Below are positions 23,429-34,791 of a stretch of DNA of 64,000 nucleotides, piece by piece. The translations under genes and the position numbers were made by a program. The stretch lies in the NCBI GenBank assembly GCA_002189035.1, contig CM007990.1, forward strand, positions 5,890,001 through 5,954,000. Reading direction: 5' to 3'. Under the pieces are notes generated by a model. It did not search any database. It was not told the origin of the DNA and saw only the letters and a program-made list of their open reading frames with translations. Source of the stretch: Utricularia gibba. Lineage: Eukaryota > Plantae > Magnoliophyta. Positions within the stretch are counted from its first letter, which is position 1. Each line of letters begins with the position of its first letter.

Positions 23429-24836
23429 GAGCATGAAAAAAGTTGCCAACTCCCAAATCCCTCAAAACCCAGAACCCCCAAGATCCCACATTTCCCTGCA
23501 CCAGCGCATGAACTCCAATAAAATCCGCAGGGAGTAGAGTGAATCTTGGAGAGACGTCGCACGCACCTCTCTGCGTCTCACTAGTTTCCTTTCTTCCTAC
23601 TAATCTTGTTCTGAAATGAACAAATGACGCCACGAAATCTAATGACGCGTGCTTTCTTTTTTCCCCCATAACCGACGATCTTTTTCACATTCACAAAAAT
23701 GATACCAACTACCGTACTACACCACTAAATTATCAACAAAAGTATTACGTCATATCAAACCCCCCCGGAGATCCCAACCACCGATCGATAAGCACCGGTA
23801 GTTAGACTTGAAGCAAATTCTGCGTTTTAAATTCACAGAAAAAAACCCTAGCTTTACGAGATACAAAAATCATGTGTGGATGATATCTTGGTCCTCGTAT
23901 AGACGAAGAACGTTATGTAATATGAAGCATCGTAGAATTTCATAAACATAAGTTGCTTCGAAGGGAGGGAGGGGACGTGTATGAATGTACGCATCACGTC
24001 GCATTCTCGATCATGGATAGGGAAGACTTGCAAGGTTGTGATAATGCTACTTGCATTAGCATTTGCAATGATTTGAGGGAGCCATCGGTATGTATCTCAT
24101 GACACATATAGCAGTAACGATTATATATATATAAGTATATAAAGTATATATGATTGAATTTAATTTTTTCGAATGTGCACTTAACGGATGGAGTTTGGTA
24201 ATGCCACATCGAATTATAGTTAGTATAAAAAGTTTAATTTTTAGGTTTCAATTTACATTTTTTTTGTAAATAGTTTGCTTTTGAATTTATGAAATTATAT
24301 AATCAATTCAGTATATTATTAAAACTAATCGATTTTGACCTTCTAATATTAGCATAAGGGTGCATCATTATAAACAGTATTTACAAATTTCATTCTACAT
24401 CATTTGATGATCTTACCTTCTCTTAACTCCAAAAAACATGATGTACAACACATGATATAACCTTAACGAGAGATTTTGAATACAAAAAGTTTTATCATGA
24501 AATTTTATTGAATGTAAAATCAGAATTTGTTAATGACATCATGAATCAGTTAAAAGTTTGAAAAAAATCGTTCAAAATGTTTCTTGAACGGTTTTAATAA
24601 CTGAAAATATTTTTTTGTAAGTAAGGGCGAATTCCTAATAACCACTGTGTGTGTTAGTAAGGGCGACATTGTGGCATTCCATCACCCATCTATGCTCATG
24701 CGGTTGGTTTGAGTGTTTTGACGTTGAATGTGTTGGATGGGATGGGATGGCAAGTGTTGTGGGTTCCAAAATCTTGAAAATCACCAACCAACCAACCAGC
24801 GAGAGAGGAGTCACTCATTTGTTTGCTTCGTTTAAA

Positions 24837-24865
24837 GGGGCGGGGGCGGGGGCGGGGGCCGGGGG
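24837..24865 (+). other. G-quadruplex-forming motif with five G4-G5 tracts, (GGGGGC)n-like
   Basis: GGGGCGGGGGCGGGGGCGGGGGCCGGGGG with 1-2 nt loops, in the intergenic region between the QWRF and ADA1 5' ends. Confidence 0.75.
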
Positions 24866-25825
24866 AGTCGCTCTCATCACGGGGAGCCAGAAGCGAGTCC
24901 AGGGCAGGGGCCCCACCCCCTCGCACCCCCAAAAAGATAGATTCCGGGAGTGTCGGCGGATCCGGCGGTGAGCTCAAGAGGTCAGTCAACCTGGTCAGCA
25001 AGATAAGAAACGATTTTCAGTTTTTTTATTATTTATAACGAATTGTTTTTAAAATAGGACCATTATTATTTATAAACCACCCTGGATCTTAAAGGGCTCG
25101 ATTAGATAACCGGATCCAGCCCGACTCGTTTTCTCTTTTTGTTTTTTTTCATGGTATTTAATAGGGAAAAAGGGCACGTGCGGGATTTTGAAAACCGGGT
25201 GGATGGATGAGCCGTGGGGATCTTGGGGCATCCATCTACTTTAGGTTTGTGTCGCAACTTGGGCTCTGCTGCAGTTTGGACCAGGAAGAGAATAGTTTCT
25301 CTGCCTTGGTTGATTGGCGATCGGGACATTGAAGAGGAACTAAAGCCCGTTTCCCGTGTCTTCAAAATTAGGTCAATTCTCTCGGCGACTTCAATTCCTT
25401 TTTCGTTTGAAGGTCAATTTGCTTACTGGGTTCAATTAGGATGAGTTTTAGTTTTTGTTTGGATTTTGGGTTCAATGCGAGACGGGTTTGTGATGATTGC
25501 GCAAATTTTGGGACCTTTTTTTTGTAGCTTTTGGATTGTAGTTCCGAAGTCGCATTCAGTCTGATGGTATAGTTGGCTTACTGTTTGATTGCGAAAGTGG
25601 GCTTTTTTTTTTCTCGGTGAATCCTTTAGATTTACTTCCAAGGATTAAAAGAACATGAATTTGATTGTTCGTTCGATCTGTAGATCGTTGCCTCGGTGCT
25701 GCCGTGTGGTGTTATCCTTGAGATGGTGAATGTGGCAACCTTTCAGGCGATGATTGATGAAGGTTACTGATTACCTGAGACATTAGTTGTGATCTGTTGT
25801 TGGGAAGCTGAGGAGTTCAACAAAA

Positions 25826-26854
25826 ATGGTGGCCAATGGGGGTTCTACTCGAATCGATACTCAAGAGCTGAAATATCATATTTATATGAGGATTGGGCCT
25901 CAGAAAGCAGAGGAATACTTTGAGCATCTTAGGCGATTTTTATTTTCAAGGCTTAGCAAGGCTGATTTTGACAAGAGCTGCATACGGACATTGGGTAGAA
26001 AGAACATCCGTCTTCATAATCTTCTCATTCGTGCCATCATCCATAATTCGAATCTTGCAAAACTCCCACCTCAGAGAGCTCGTAAGTTTGTGGGAGGGCT
26101 TGGAGTGAGGACTGCCAGTAGTCAACAAAGGAGTTGCTTCCAATCACTTTGCGGTGATGGGGTCCTGGCATCACCACGCAAGTGTAGGTCATTGGTTAAC
26201 TGGGAACGGAAGATGCATGATCGACCAAGCCCTCTTGGCCCTCTTGGAAAAAGCCCCAGCCTCACTTATGAAGAAACCGTTTCAAGAATTCAAGAACAAA
26301 GTGCAGCAGAATTGCATTCTATATCCAGTAAGCCTCCCAAAGGTGCTGCACCGGTTGTTGAAGAAGGAGAAGAGGTTGAACAGTTTTCCGGATATCAAAG
26401 TGAAAGGGGACATGTCACTGCTCCTGTTGGAGTTTCTATCATATCAGGTTTGAGTCGTAAGACTCTTCCTTACCAAAGTTTCAGTGAGACCTGTCAAAGT
26501 TCGGGTGAGTTGCCTGATACAGCATCTCTGAGGAGTCGGTTGGAGAAGAAGCTTGGATCAGAAGGACTTACCGTTTCTCTTGAAGGAGCTAATGCTATAA
26601 ACAAGGGACTGGATGTTTTCCTGAAGAGAATGCTCGAAAGCTGCATACCTTCAGGACGATCACATCACAGAGAGCATACACATTCCCTGTCGATGCAACA
26701 GAATGGTCAAATATCACATGAGACACACTCACAGAATACACACCCCCCTTTGAGTGTGCTCGGTTTTCGCCTCGCCATGGAGACGAATCCATCTACTCTT
26801 GGAGAAAACTGGCCTTCCCAGCTTGAGAAAATCAGCCACCTCTCATTTCAGTAA
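25826..26854 (+). CDS. ADA1: SAGA transcriptional adaptor ADA1/Hfi1 (Tad1) family protein, single coding exon
   Basis: 342-aa ORF with RIDTQELKYHI..IGPQKAEEYFEHLRRFLFSRLSKADFDK..LGRKNIRLHNLLIRAII, DRPSPLGPLGK, GELPDTASLRSRLE and LSVLGFRLAMETNPSTLGENWPSQLEKI. Confidence 0.92.
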   Translation: MVANGGSTRIDTQELKYHIYMRIGPQKAEEYFEHLRRFLFSRLSKADFDKSCIRTLGRKNIRLHNLLIRAIIHNSNLAKLPPQRARKFVGGLGVRTASSQQRSCFQSLCGDGVLASPRKCRSLVNWERKMHDRPSPLGPLGKSPSLTYEETVSRIQEQSAAELHSISSKPPKGAAPVVEEGEEVEQFSGYQSERGHVTAPVGVSIISGLSRKTLPYQSFSETCQSSGELPDTASLRSRLEKKLGSEGLTVSLEGANAINKGLDVFLKRMLESCIPSGRSHHREHTHSLSMQQNGQISHETHSQNTHPPLSVLGFRLAMETNPSTLGENWPSQLEKISHLSFQ

Positions 26855-27306
26855 CATGGGAGCTCAAGCTAAGCAGGCAAAGTGGATTCATGGATGGAGA
26901 CAAAAATCGTCTCGGCCAACAGATTTTGAGGTGCAGTTTTAACTTGTGAGAGCTTTTTGTTTGTGCATTGTTATTTCCTCTAGAGTGGAGGAGATTTTCC
27001 CATTGCTTAGTTCCTGATGGGATGATGGGGATGTGAATAGTTTGTTTTTGCCAACGAGGTTTTCTGTCTTCCACTCCAAGCGTTCGCCTTTTCTTCATAT
27101 GGCATTCTCTAGGAATTGATGCTTCCCCTCCAACCACATTTCACTTACAGGTTGTTAGCAAGATGACAGTTGACGTGAAATGAAGTGAATGAGTTTACAG
27201 TTTTTCCCCCTTCGAGCGAATCATGGGAATACACGTGTCTGCCAAATCTCTTGTTATAAGCAAACGGTTTGGTTTCATCACATGAAGTGAAGAAGAAGTA
27301 CCCAAG

Positions 27307-27869
27307 ATGGCTTCCACAGTGCCTTGGTTCCTCCTCGTCCTGTTTTTCATCTGCATTTCTTCCGGTGTCCGCGCCCAATCTCCGGCAATCTCCCCGGTTT
27401 CATCAACGGCGACTCCGCCGACCGCCGCGGTGACTCAGCCTCCCGCATCACCAACTCAGGCACCTCCAACTCCGGCCGTGGCGCCTACTTCGCGGCCGCC
27501 AATCCCTACTCCATCCCCGGTGGCGAGTCCTCCACCCCCGGCTCCAACACCCGCACCCGCAGTGCCTGCCCCGACACCTAGCGTCCCGGTTTCCCCATCC
27601 CCATCCCCGCTGCTGTTTGGCCCTCCGGCTCCGCCGGCTGCGGCTCCGAGCCCCAGCTTCGACGCCACATCTCCTTCTCCGTTATCTACCACCAGGGCAT
27701 GCAACACCTCACTTGAAACAATAGTTGCTTTTAATTTACTTCAAAGGTTGAATGATAAACACGTCATGAAATTGTCTTTTTGTTGCAGAGCGGCGGAGGG
27801 CGTGCAAAGGTTCCCGAATGTTCCTCCTTGGTCATGGGCGTCTTCTTCTTCTATTTGCTTGGATTTTGA
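27307..27869 (+). CDS. Classical arabinogalactan protein (signal peptide, Pro/Ala/Ser/Thr-rich body, GPI-anchor signal)
   Basis: MASTVPWFLLVLFFICISSGVRA|QSP signal peptide and AP/TP/SP-rich body to 27696; proposed GC-AG intron 27697-27788; last exon 27789-27869 SGGGRAKVPECSSLVMGVFFFYLLGF*. Confidence 0.85.
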
Positions 27870-28173
27870 TGAGAGACATTCGTGTTTCTTTTTGAGTGGT
27901 CATTCTCTTCAATTCGTTGTCCATCATCGATCTTTGTTTATATTAAATTTAACCACTTCGTCTCAGTAACAGCAACAACAGTACGGACACAGATCACCCA
28001 TTTTTTCTACCTATGAAATAGTAAACACCATTTAACACATAAAGAAAAAAAAAAAAAATCTGTTGAATATCTATCTTATCGCTCCTGAGTCTTGACCTCT
28101 CAAAATAGTTGTTCCATTTCCGTTCGCGTTTCTGCACTCCGCCACACAATTCCAACCTCCCCGATCGTGAGAA

Positions 28174-28851
28174 ATGGCGGCTGCGGCGCTCGCTTCTTCG
28201 TCAGTCTGCGGTTACTTCTCCACTCGCGGTACCGTTTTTCCCAATCCGTCCTTGTTTCATCTCTTCCAGCGGCATAACCTAACTGCTTCTTCCACAGGGA
28301 ACAGCGTCTCCGGCTTAGCGGCCGCGGCGTCCACCGGTCCCCGATTCGGAACCTCGTTTCTCCCCAGGCCTACTATCCGTTAGTCTATTTCGCTTTATTC
28401 CAACACATACCGCATCTTTCGGCAATTCAGCGTTCTCATCATCGCGTACCAGAGTTGGTCATTTTTTTGAGGGCTTTTCTTCCAGGAATTCACAGAACCA
28501 TGAACCAGGCAAGCATTGGGTACAATCCCAAAGCAAGATCAATCTCCATCCGATGTGAGCAGAGTACAAAAGAAGGGAGCGGCTTAGATGTGTGGCTTGG
28601 AAGGTTGGCCATGGCTGGTTTTGCTGCTGCCCTCACCGTTGAAATAGCTACAGGAAAAGGCCTTCTTGAGGTATCCATTTCATTCCTTCTACGACTGATA
28701 GGTAAAAGCAACCTCTGGTTATTGATAGAGAAACCTTTCTGTTCAGAATTTTGGGCTGACAGAACCCCTACCAACAGCGGCATTGGCGGTTACAGCTTTG
28801 GCAGGAGTTGTCACTGCAGTTTTCATCTTCCAATCTTCATCCAACAAGTGA
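28174..28851 (+). CDS. SEP1: Stress enhanced protein 1, chloroplastic (LHC-like family)
   Basis: Ala/Ser-rich transit peptide exon 28174-28336; exon from 28486 with IRCEQSTKEGSGLDVWLGRLAMAGFAAALTVEIATGKGLLE; last exon NFGLTEPLPTAALAVTALAGVVTAVFIFQSSSNK*. Confidence 0.92.
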
Positions 28852-29122
28852 TGTGTGTATTTTCTTATGGTTGCAGTGCGCAACCATTCGGTTGTATGAC
28901 AAGAATGTTCCTTATGCACACTTGATTACAGAATCTGCTGTAGAGCAATCAATCATATAAACAATCACATGGTTTACTAGAAGAAAGGGTCTTGGTACCT
29001 TCAAAAGTGTACGTACTTCATAGGAGGAAGAGCATTCCACAATAAGTCCGGGTCGTGTGGTCCTCTTTCGTCTATTGGTGAGATTCAGCAAGCATATCGT
29101 TGTAAGGGTCTTGTAATAGAGA

Positions 29123-30476
29123 TCACATTTTCTCAGCATCCAGCTTGATTTGAAGAGCAGCTTTAATGACATCTTCCCTCGTGATGATACCAATCTGCAG
29201 ATCATCCGGGAGAAAACAGATAATAATAACAACAATGATACAGTACGCTTAATAGGATGTTGAAACTGAACCAAGTTACCAATCTCCCTTCAGCATCTAA
29301 AACAGGTAAGCGGCGATACTTCGTTTGAAGCAGTAACCTGTGTTACACTGGCCTTAGAACAAGATAGAGAAATGGATGGGCTAGTGGGGAAGGGATCATT
29401 TGTCAAGATAGCCAACTTAAGATCAGAAAAGATGTCTAAAATGATAATGCAGCATTGATAAGAATGAAAAATGACCTTGCTGCGTCCTCAAGATTAGTGT
29501 TTTCACGCACAACGAGAGGAGCGGGAGTCATGAGGTCACCGACAACTTTCCCTTTTGTTTTGCTGATCAGCCTTTGAAGTTCGTTAAATGCCTAGAAAGG
29601 AAAGGTGGTATTATAATTTACAGACATTCAGCAGGACCAGAAACATTTAGCAGGGCTCATACTCACTTTCCAAGTGCTGTTGACAACTGGAAACATATTT
29701 GTATCAGGTTGGCCTCCACCTAAGATGAACACATGAAAGTTTACCAATGAGTATCAGTTGAACATATCACATAAAACAGCTGAACTAAAGCAATGACATA
29801 GTTTAAAAGGTACCAGATATGGAGTCAATGGCTAGTAAGTCATAGTCTGAAATAACCCCAACCTGCAACAGCATAACATTATCAACCACAGTCAATGGGC
29901 GGAAACTGAAAAGCTGTTATTCAGGAAATCAAAAGACGATTCACCAATCTCCACTCATCATCGACCACAGGAAATCCGGTTACTCTTTTATCAACAAGGA
30001 ACTCCAGAGCTGTTACACGTAGCACAGTGCATGAAAAAAAAAATCAACAAAACAGAAAATTCCAACATTTTTTAGAGCAGTTTCCCTTCACAAGATGCGC
30101 CAAAATACCTTCGTCCACAGTTGTTGTAGGCTTCACGACATGCAACGTCTCTTTTCTCGTCATAAAATCACTCACAATGTACACTCCATCTCTTATCTAA
30201 AACACATCTCATCGCGCAGTGGTTAACTTCCTGGAGAATTAATTACTTTCGAATTTCAGACCTACGGGATCAGGTACTACGTACAGGAGTCGAATTAGCA
30301 GGATCACTGACAGCGCGCTGAGGATCATCCACCTTCCGGAACCGCCGCAACGGCAAATCGCGGTGACCGCGACAGGGGACGCTGCAAGCGAAAGGCAACC
30401 CACGGCAGCGGACGGTGGCAGCAGCGACGTTGAGAGAGATTCCGGCACGAGAATCAGGAAGAAGCAAGAAACCCAT
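29123..30476 (-). CDS. CBSX: CBS domain-containing protein CBSX1/CBSX2-like, chloroplastic
   Basis: Transit peptide exon, then GVYIVSDFMTRKETLHVVKPTTTVDE|ALEFLVDKRVTGFPVVDDEWRL|VGVISDYDLLAIDSISG|...GKVVGDLMTPAPLVVRENTNLEDAAR|LLLQTKYRRLPVLD|IGIITREDVIKAALQIK...*. Confidence 0.93.
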
Positions 30477-30686
30477 TGAAGATTAGATTTCAGCGGGAAC
30501 GGCAAAGAGAGGAGAGAGATTCCGTTTCGCAAGCATCGGTGTGCAGTGGCGTAGCGTGGTACTAATTATTTAATAAAAATCTAATTCACTGACAAATATA
30601 AATTTATTTTATAATTCAATTTGCAGGATGAGCGACGGTTAGAGATGCAGATTTTGAAATAGAATTTGTTACTTGTAATGGCGCCA

Positions 30687-32191
30687 CTACTCAGCTTGTT
30701 CAGCAAAGACAATGGATGCTTTAGTAGAAGCTCTCCTGCAGCTCAACAAATCAACGCAGAAATCATACCTTCTGTCCTTGCTAAATTTCTTGACATCACA
30801 TGAAATCCTCATTACTTCCAGATTGGGAGAGTGCGTAACCACAAGCTTGATAAGGTTCACTTCCGATGGGAGGCCGGATACGTTGATGAATTCCACAGTT
30901 TGTAGCTTACCAAGAGTCCAGAATGTCGTCGTGTCGCCATTGCATGATGCATCTATACAATGCTCTTGTGTTGCTGCAGCAGCTTCTGGGTCGGATTCCT
31001 CGATGCTCTAAAGGAATAGCACAAGAACTTATGACAAGGGAATCTCATGGTAAGTTCAAAAGTATCTGTTAGCTTACTGAAATCATGAGATCTTTCAGAC
31101 TTGGGGAACTCTTTATCAGTTGAGTCAGGATCAGGACCTCTTCAGAGCATCCGAAATCAACTGCATGTAACTGGATGGACTTCAAATGTTTATTGGTTGC
31201 TTCACAAAACATTCGCTGGCCATCACCGGGTATGCTCAGGTGCTAAACAAAGACTTCAATGAGTTCGAAACACCCATAGTAAGCGAGTAAAAGTTCACAC
31301 AAATAGATCTAGGAGGAATTATGGAAAACTGCGTACCTCTAGGAAGTAACCTTTCCAAATAAGTCTCTCGAGCTTTGGGATGCTACCAAAGAATGTGTAG
31401 AAGTTGCCCTTATGGCCGTGCTCAAGGCTTGGATAAGGGTCATCGAAAATTGTATAAATATCAATGAATATGTCGACCAAAAGGGGAGTGCATACCAATG
31501 ATATCCTCAAGTCACCTTCTAAATACAAGTATACAAGGTTTTGGGCATGCAATGTCAGATCTAGTTTCTCATCATAAAAGTACGACAACTTAAAGATTTC
31601 AAGAAGAGGCGAGGTTGAAAGAAGCCTCTCTATTTCTTCTTTACCATCCCAAGCAACTTCAAGCTCAAGGTGCTTTAGGCACACAAACCCATTGAAATAT
31701 GGAGGGACATCAAATGCGCATCCAGCAAGCGCCAACTTAATGAGGTTCTTGCATGAGAAAACACAAGATGGCATGTGGAACAACTTACTCTCCCCCAATT
31801 CCACAACCAACTCTCTAACATCCTTACGTGAGACAAAGAGAAGCCATTGATCAATATTTGGAGAGATCTTCAATTTCCAGCTTTCGAGGGAAAACTTGTG
31901 GATCGAGCCATTGTGAAGGAACAAGCTTTTGGTGATGAAATCAGCCGCCTTTTCAGGAGTCTTTCCATTCAAGCTTTTTTCATCAAAGACAAGATCAGCA
32001 AGGGCGCGCCATTTGTATCTCCAACAAGTCGACAGCAAGCTCGTCCTTATTGCATCAACGATTGGCAACTTCGATAAGATGATTCCGATGACACAATTTG
32101 GTAGCTCACTTATCATATCATTTCCAGTGGAAAAACATGCGCCTTCGCCTTCCTGGACATTTTTCATAAGGTCACTTATCATATCTTCCAT
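30687..32191 (-). CDS. F-box/FBD/LRR-repeat protein (At1g13570-like)
   Basis: F-box DMISELPNCVIGIILSKLPIVDAIRTSLLSTCWRYKW, LRR segments and FBD C-terminus (LQTVEFINVSGLPSEVNLIKLVVTHSPNLEVMRI...DLLSCRRASTKASIVF); three exons. Confidence 0.92.
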
Positions 32192-32826
32192 GAGTAATCA
32201 CTAACCTTCAACAGGATGCTTGACACATTAAAATACAATCAGCAATACACCAAACCTAATTTTCTTGAATGATTAAATAGCCCGTTCAACGAAGAATGCA
32301 ATACAATCGGTGCACGATCAAATTCAAGAATCACGAAGATTGATCGAAACGATTTCAGGTGAAGAAGAATGCATGTACGCACCATATTCGGTCGAACTAA
32401 GCCCTTCGAGATAGGCGGTGGAGTCACCGGAGGTTTTCTTTAGTCAACTCCGCTTTTGCGACCGGCGGTGACGAGGGTTCCAAAATTCAAATTAATTAAC
32501 TCAAATGACGATGATGCACCATCCGCTTTATTAAATACTACTGTTTTCGTAACGTGGGTTTCCATTTTTAATTTCATATTTACGCGTGATATATTAGTAT
32601 AATTTTTAAATATTATTAAAACACAACGGTATCGGTGCAGCATGACACGTAGGCATCTTCCATCTCTTGGAAAAACAATGAATAAACAGCTTTCCATTCT
32701 GGGGCTGGTGTTGATTCCCATTTGGGAAAAGGAACGTCTAGAAGCAACTCATACCAGTTCCATTCCAAGCTCGGAGCAAAAGAATAGATGCATCTGTTTC
32801 TTTTCAAGAGCAGTAAATATGATGAT

Positions 32827-34136
32827 TTAGAGAACTTGGTAGTGTTCAGAGGTGAGCAGTGTTCTCTGGGAAAACTTGGGAGGGGCACCTCCTGCAATAG
32901 GCAGAATGCTGACTACCTGCAGAAGATTTCAAGCAGGATATGAAAATGCAATGGAGATTGATGGGAAGTATCTTCTTGTCGCAGGAACAGAAGTTTAAAG
33001 TGAAGATGAGAACCTTGAGATCACTGAATGTGCTGGTTGATGTAAAATGGATGGAGATGGGGAAGAGACTGGACGGATCCACAGCGGGGATGACGAACTC
33101 CATGGAGCCACTGCGAGGTTTTGGTTCTCAGGTGAAACCAGGGGAGCAGCGTATCGATGATGAATGAATCAAGTGACAAACTCCATAGAGCCACTGGAGG
33201 ACTGACTTCCTTGAATCAAATCTATAGAGACACACGAATTAATGGAGAGTAAGATCATCAGACAGCATATTCATTCAGAGTGAGGTGGCAGAAGTTCTGT
33301 CATGAACAAAAACGCAAACAACTATACAGAGATGATGATGAATATGGTTTCTGTGTTTGGAGGTAATGTTAGCATGTACATAGGGAACGACCGGGGACCA
33401 TAAGTATGACCAAAAACCCCACATTTATTAGTTAAGAAACATTACCTCCATTCTCCATCTATCTGTTGTACATTTGGTGGATCTCTAAGAGCTGGAAGAG
33501 GGGTTGAGATGAGAAGGTTTCGTAGATTGAACACTGGGGGTGCTTGGTATTCTGAGTTCACGTAAGTTTGGTTCCCAGAAATAGATGGCCAGCAATTAAC
33601 TGCAACAAAATGTTTTTGCATTAGGAACCTAAGCTGTATCCATCAACATATGAGCACATTGAGTTTAAGGGGAGAAAAGGAAAAATAAAATAAGCATCTG
33701 ATTTCCAGAGACAGAAACTAAGGAAAAGGATACACGCCTAGAAAGTAGCCTCAGGGTAACTAAATCTTCAACAATATCTCTGTCTATTTGTAAGAAGATG
33801 CAAGAAGAGAGACTCCATTGGCTGATACAAGTACCAAATATTCTGAGTCTCAACTTATGTGTGTTGCTTCCCTGTTCCCACCAACTTGGGAAACGCTGCA
33901 AGGTATCCCTCAATTCGTATACGCGACATAGCAACAAATTGCCTCGAAAAAAGAGCTGAAACATATGGTTTTTAACCAAAATGACATACTTGGAAAAAAA
34001 AGAAACAATGTAAATGACCATAAAGAGAGCAGCAGAGAAAAAAAGAAAAACGAAACAAACAACATAGAGAAGATAAGTCTACTCCTCCATGCAAAAAAAT
34101 GCTACCTTTAGTGATAGAAGCTGCAAGAACAACGTG
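32827..34136 (-). pseudogene. Coatomer subunit delta (delta-COP) pseudogene with a large internal deletion
   Basis: N-terminal remnants VVLAASITK|[51 protein letters not shown] and C-terminal remnants [32 protein letters not shown]|FDSRKSVLQW...[23 protein letters not shown]|...[17 protein letters not shown]. Start codon lost (CAC at 34134-34136), TAA at 33855-33857, frameshift near 33778, middle of the protein absent. Confidence 0.9.
33091..33196. repeat. 23-bp imperfect direct repeat (two mismatches) within the delta-COP pseudogene, encoding SGSMEFV
   Basis: TGACGAACTCCATGGAGCCACTG (33091-33113) versus TGACAAACTCCATAGAGCCACTG (33174-33196). Confidence 0.85.
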
Positions 34137-34791
34137 CCACCGATTCATCATAATAAGATCCCAAACGTAAGTTCATAGTACGATAAAAACTAGTCAAAAC
34201 TAGAATCGATACGAATACGATTCCGAGCAATGCAAATCCATAGCAAAACATTGCAAGAAGAGATGAAACATTAGCAATAATAACAGGTTTCGACGAAAAT
34301 TCAGATCCGAGGAACTGGTAGATGGATCAGATCCCACCACACATGAACTCCGCAATATCCAGATCACATTCTATGAAAAACTGGTACCGGAACAAAACAG
34401 GAAGTGAAAAGTGAAAAGTTGAAAACTCATCATCACCTGAGAATCCAATGGGAGCAGCCTCCAGGTGAAGACAGAACGCTCAGCGCGAATGGAACGTAGA
34501 AGCTTCAATCTTTCTCACTGTAGCATAATTAAATTAATATATATATATATATAAGAAAATGTTTTTTCGATATTTTTGACCTAAAAACTGTTTCCTCTCT
34601 TTCACCGAGAGAAACATCAGCGGTCCTCTCCCATAGCCAAGTGCCCGCGAACCAGGAGAAGTTTGCGTTTTCCGGTTCGCGCGGGCATATCGTTCGTTGG
34701 AATCTGCTCCATCAGCAGGATACTAAAAGTATATTGAGTGGCGGCTAAATATTAGTGCTGGGAAATTTACCTGTTGTTTATGCAGTAGGAT

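Noticed and set aside
22014-23669. Several long + strand ORFs (e.g. 22530-22991, 23229-23537) antisense to QWRF
   Set aside because: Shadow ORFs of a Ser-rich coding exon, with no recognisable protein features.
24195-24682. Possible MITE with terminal inverted repeats (ATGCCACA...TGTGGCAT) around an AT-rich tract
   Set aside because: Only an 8-bp inverted match and no clear target-site duplication, which is compatible with chance.
24651-25038. Overlapping 70-106 aa ORFs across the G-rich island
   Set aside because: Low-complexity GA/PR translations produced by the G-tract, with non-ATG or poor starts and no splice structure.
33154-33205. Box C (ATGATGA) and box D (CTGA) suggesting a C/D snoRNA
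   Set aside because: Spacing is too short (about 50 nt), there is no terminal stem, and the sequence is explained by the delta-COP remnant on the opposite strand.
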